Shown here: positions 6,270 through 7,276 of the stretch, piece after piece
Layout of the letters: the number at the start of each line of letters is the position of its first letter
How positions within the stretch are numbered: position 1 is the stretch's first letter
DNA from: an uncultured archaeon
GTDB lineage: Archaea > Asgardarchaeota > Lokiarchaeia > Sigyniarchaeales > Promethearchaeaceae
DNA: 7,276 nucleotides
Assembly (NCBI GenBank): GCA_964426185.1
Contig: CAYRPF010000111.1
Span: forward strand, 1 to 7,276
Reading direction: 5' to 3'
Translations under genes and position numbers: made by a program
Notes under the pieces: generated by a model
What the model saw: only the letters and a program-made list of their open reading frames with translations
Told to the model about the DNA's origin: nothing
Databases searched by the model: none

Positions 6270-7055
6270 TTACCCTCCAATTTTACAGTTGGGAAAGGTT
6301 TTTAGAAAAAAATTGCGAATTTCTTGCATGCGTTCCGAAGTCGGTGGCTTTAAATTGGTTAATCGATATTCACATCCCAATTGTTTATATTTTCGAATTC
6401 CAAATGTATTATATGAAAGAAGACTGATATCTCCAGTGAAATGGACTTGTTTCAAGTAATTTTTGATAGAAACCAGATTTGCTTCCGAATCTGTTATACT
6501 AGGTATAATCGGGATGCGGATATGTACATTTTGGTGATTTTCTATAAGTCGAATTAAATTGTTTAAAATCTCATGGTTATCTACTCCTGTATATTTTTTA
6601 TGGCTTTCATTATCAATTAACTTTAGATCATACAAGAATAGATCAATGTTTGACAGCATAGGCTCTAAAATTTCCCAAGAAACATAACCAGACGTGTCAA
6701 CAACAGTATGCAGCCCTTGTTTTTTACATTCATCCAGAAGTTTGGCCAGATATTTTGGCTGCATAAAAGGTTCTCCGCCCGAAAATGTTACACCACCGTC
6801 TGATTCATCGTAAAAAATTCTATCCTTCAAAATTTCATTCATAACTTCTGCTACATTCATGGTTTTTCCGATTATTTCTTGAAAATTGGGACCAGTTAGA
6901 TATTTCTGAGGTTCTAATTGCTGACTTTCTGGATTATGGCACCACCAGCATGATAATGGGCATCCCTTCAAGAAGATTGTGGTCCGTATACCTGGACCAT
7001 CGTGAATTGCGAATTTTTTAATGTCAAAAACAATACCACTAAGTTGATTGCCCAT
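6270..7055 (-). CDS. Glycyl-radical enzyme activating enzyme (radical SAM, PflA family), cognate HypD activase, short form
   Basis: HDGPGIRTTIFLKGC32PLSC36WWC39HNPES (CX3CX2C), GGVTFSGGEP, VDTSG, LYDLKL, HKKYTG and RIPIIP motifs; stop lies 2 bp before the hypD start. Confidence 0.95.
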   Translation of the reverse strand: MGNQLSGIVFDIKKFAIHDGPGIRTTIFLKGCPLSCWWCHNPESQQLEPQKYLTGPNFQEIIGKTMNVAEVMNEILKDRIFYDESDGGVTFSGGEPFMQPKYLAKLLDECKKQGLHTVVDTSGYVSWEILEPMLSNIDLFLYDLKLIDNESHKKYTGVDNHEILNNLIRLIENHQNVHIRIPIIPSITDSEANLVSIKNYLKQVHFTGDISLLSYNTFGIRKYKQLGCEYRLTNLKPPTSERMQEIRNFFLKTFPNCKIGG

Positions 7056-7276
7056 AAAATTAGGAAAAAATTACTAAAATATGAATTTATGTAAAAACCA
7101 CAACATTCATCCCATTATGCCCAATCTCCGACATCATGCCACACTATGACTTAGCATGAAGATAACTATCCATCCGACATGGTGCCGATAGGCACCAGCA
7201 TCACGTTAAGCCGTTAGCATGTCTCTCTATATTTTTCAGAAGACACCACACCTAACTAACCCAAAGATTTAAGCGG

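Noticed and set aside
6224-6459. Plus-strand ORFs 6224-6427 and 6250-6459
   Set aside because: Antisense to the activase/hypD junction; no supporting motifs.
7108-7240. tRNA, C/D-box sRNA, canonical SECIS or CRISPR array in the right-hand intergenic region
   Set aside because: No cloverleaf or T-loop. RTGATG lacks the final A of a C box and has no downstream CTGA D box. No apical AA for a SECIS and no in-frame TGA selenoprotein in view. Repeats are too short, only two copies each, and irregularly spaced for CRISPR.

Overview
AT-rich prokaryotic window, probably an anaerobic archaeon. This is inferred from BRE/TATA-like promoters, a GGTGA ribosome-binding site, oligo-T terminators and an Archaeoglobus-type IscS; Asgard/Lokiarchaeia is plausible but unproven. 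It holds three units. (1) A minus-strand sulfur-relay/Fe-S operon, tusA - dsrE-like - iscS-like - iscU-fusion (2898->197). (2) A plus-strand HAD-superfamily hydrolase (3058-3888). (3) A minus-strand glycyl-radical pair: a radical-SAM activase plus trans-4-hydroxy-L-proline dehydratase HypD (7055->3898). The Fe-S operon is the most interesting part. The IscS has Asp in place of the PLP Schiff-base Lys (SSNDFYGPKG instead of SxHKxYGPKG) but keeps the loop Cys, so it is probably not a desulfurase. It lies directly downstream of two persulfide carriers that could supply its sulfur. The IscU scaffold is fused to a degenerate thioredoxin-reductase NADPH-domain-like module that has lost CxxC and GxGxxA and ends in a terminal Cys. 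A GC-enriched, hairpin- and repeat-rich non-coding stretch lies upstream of the activase.
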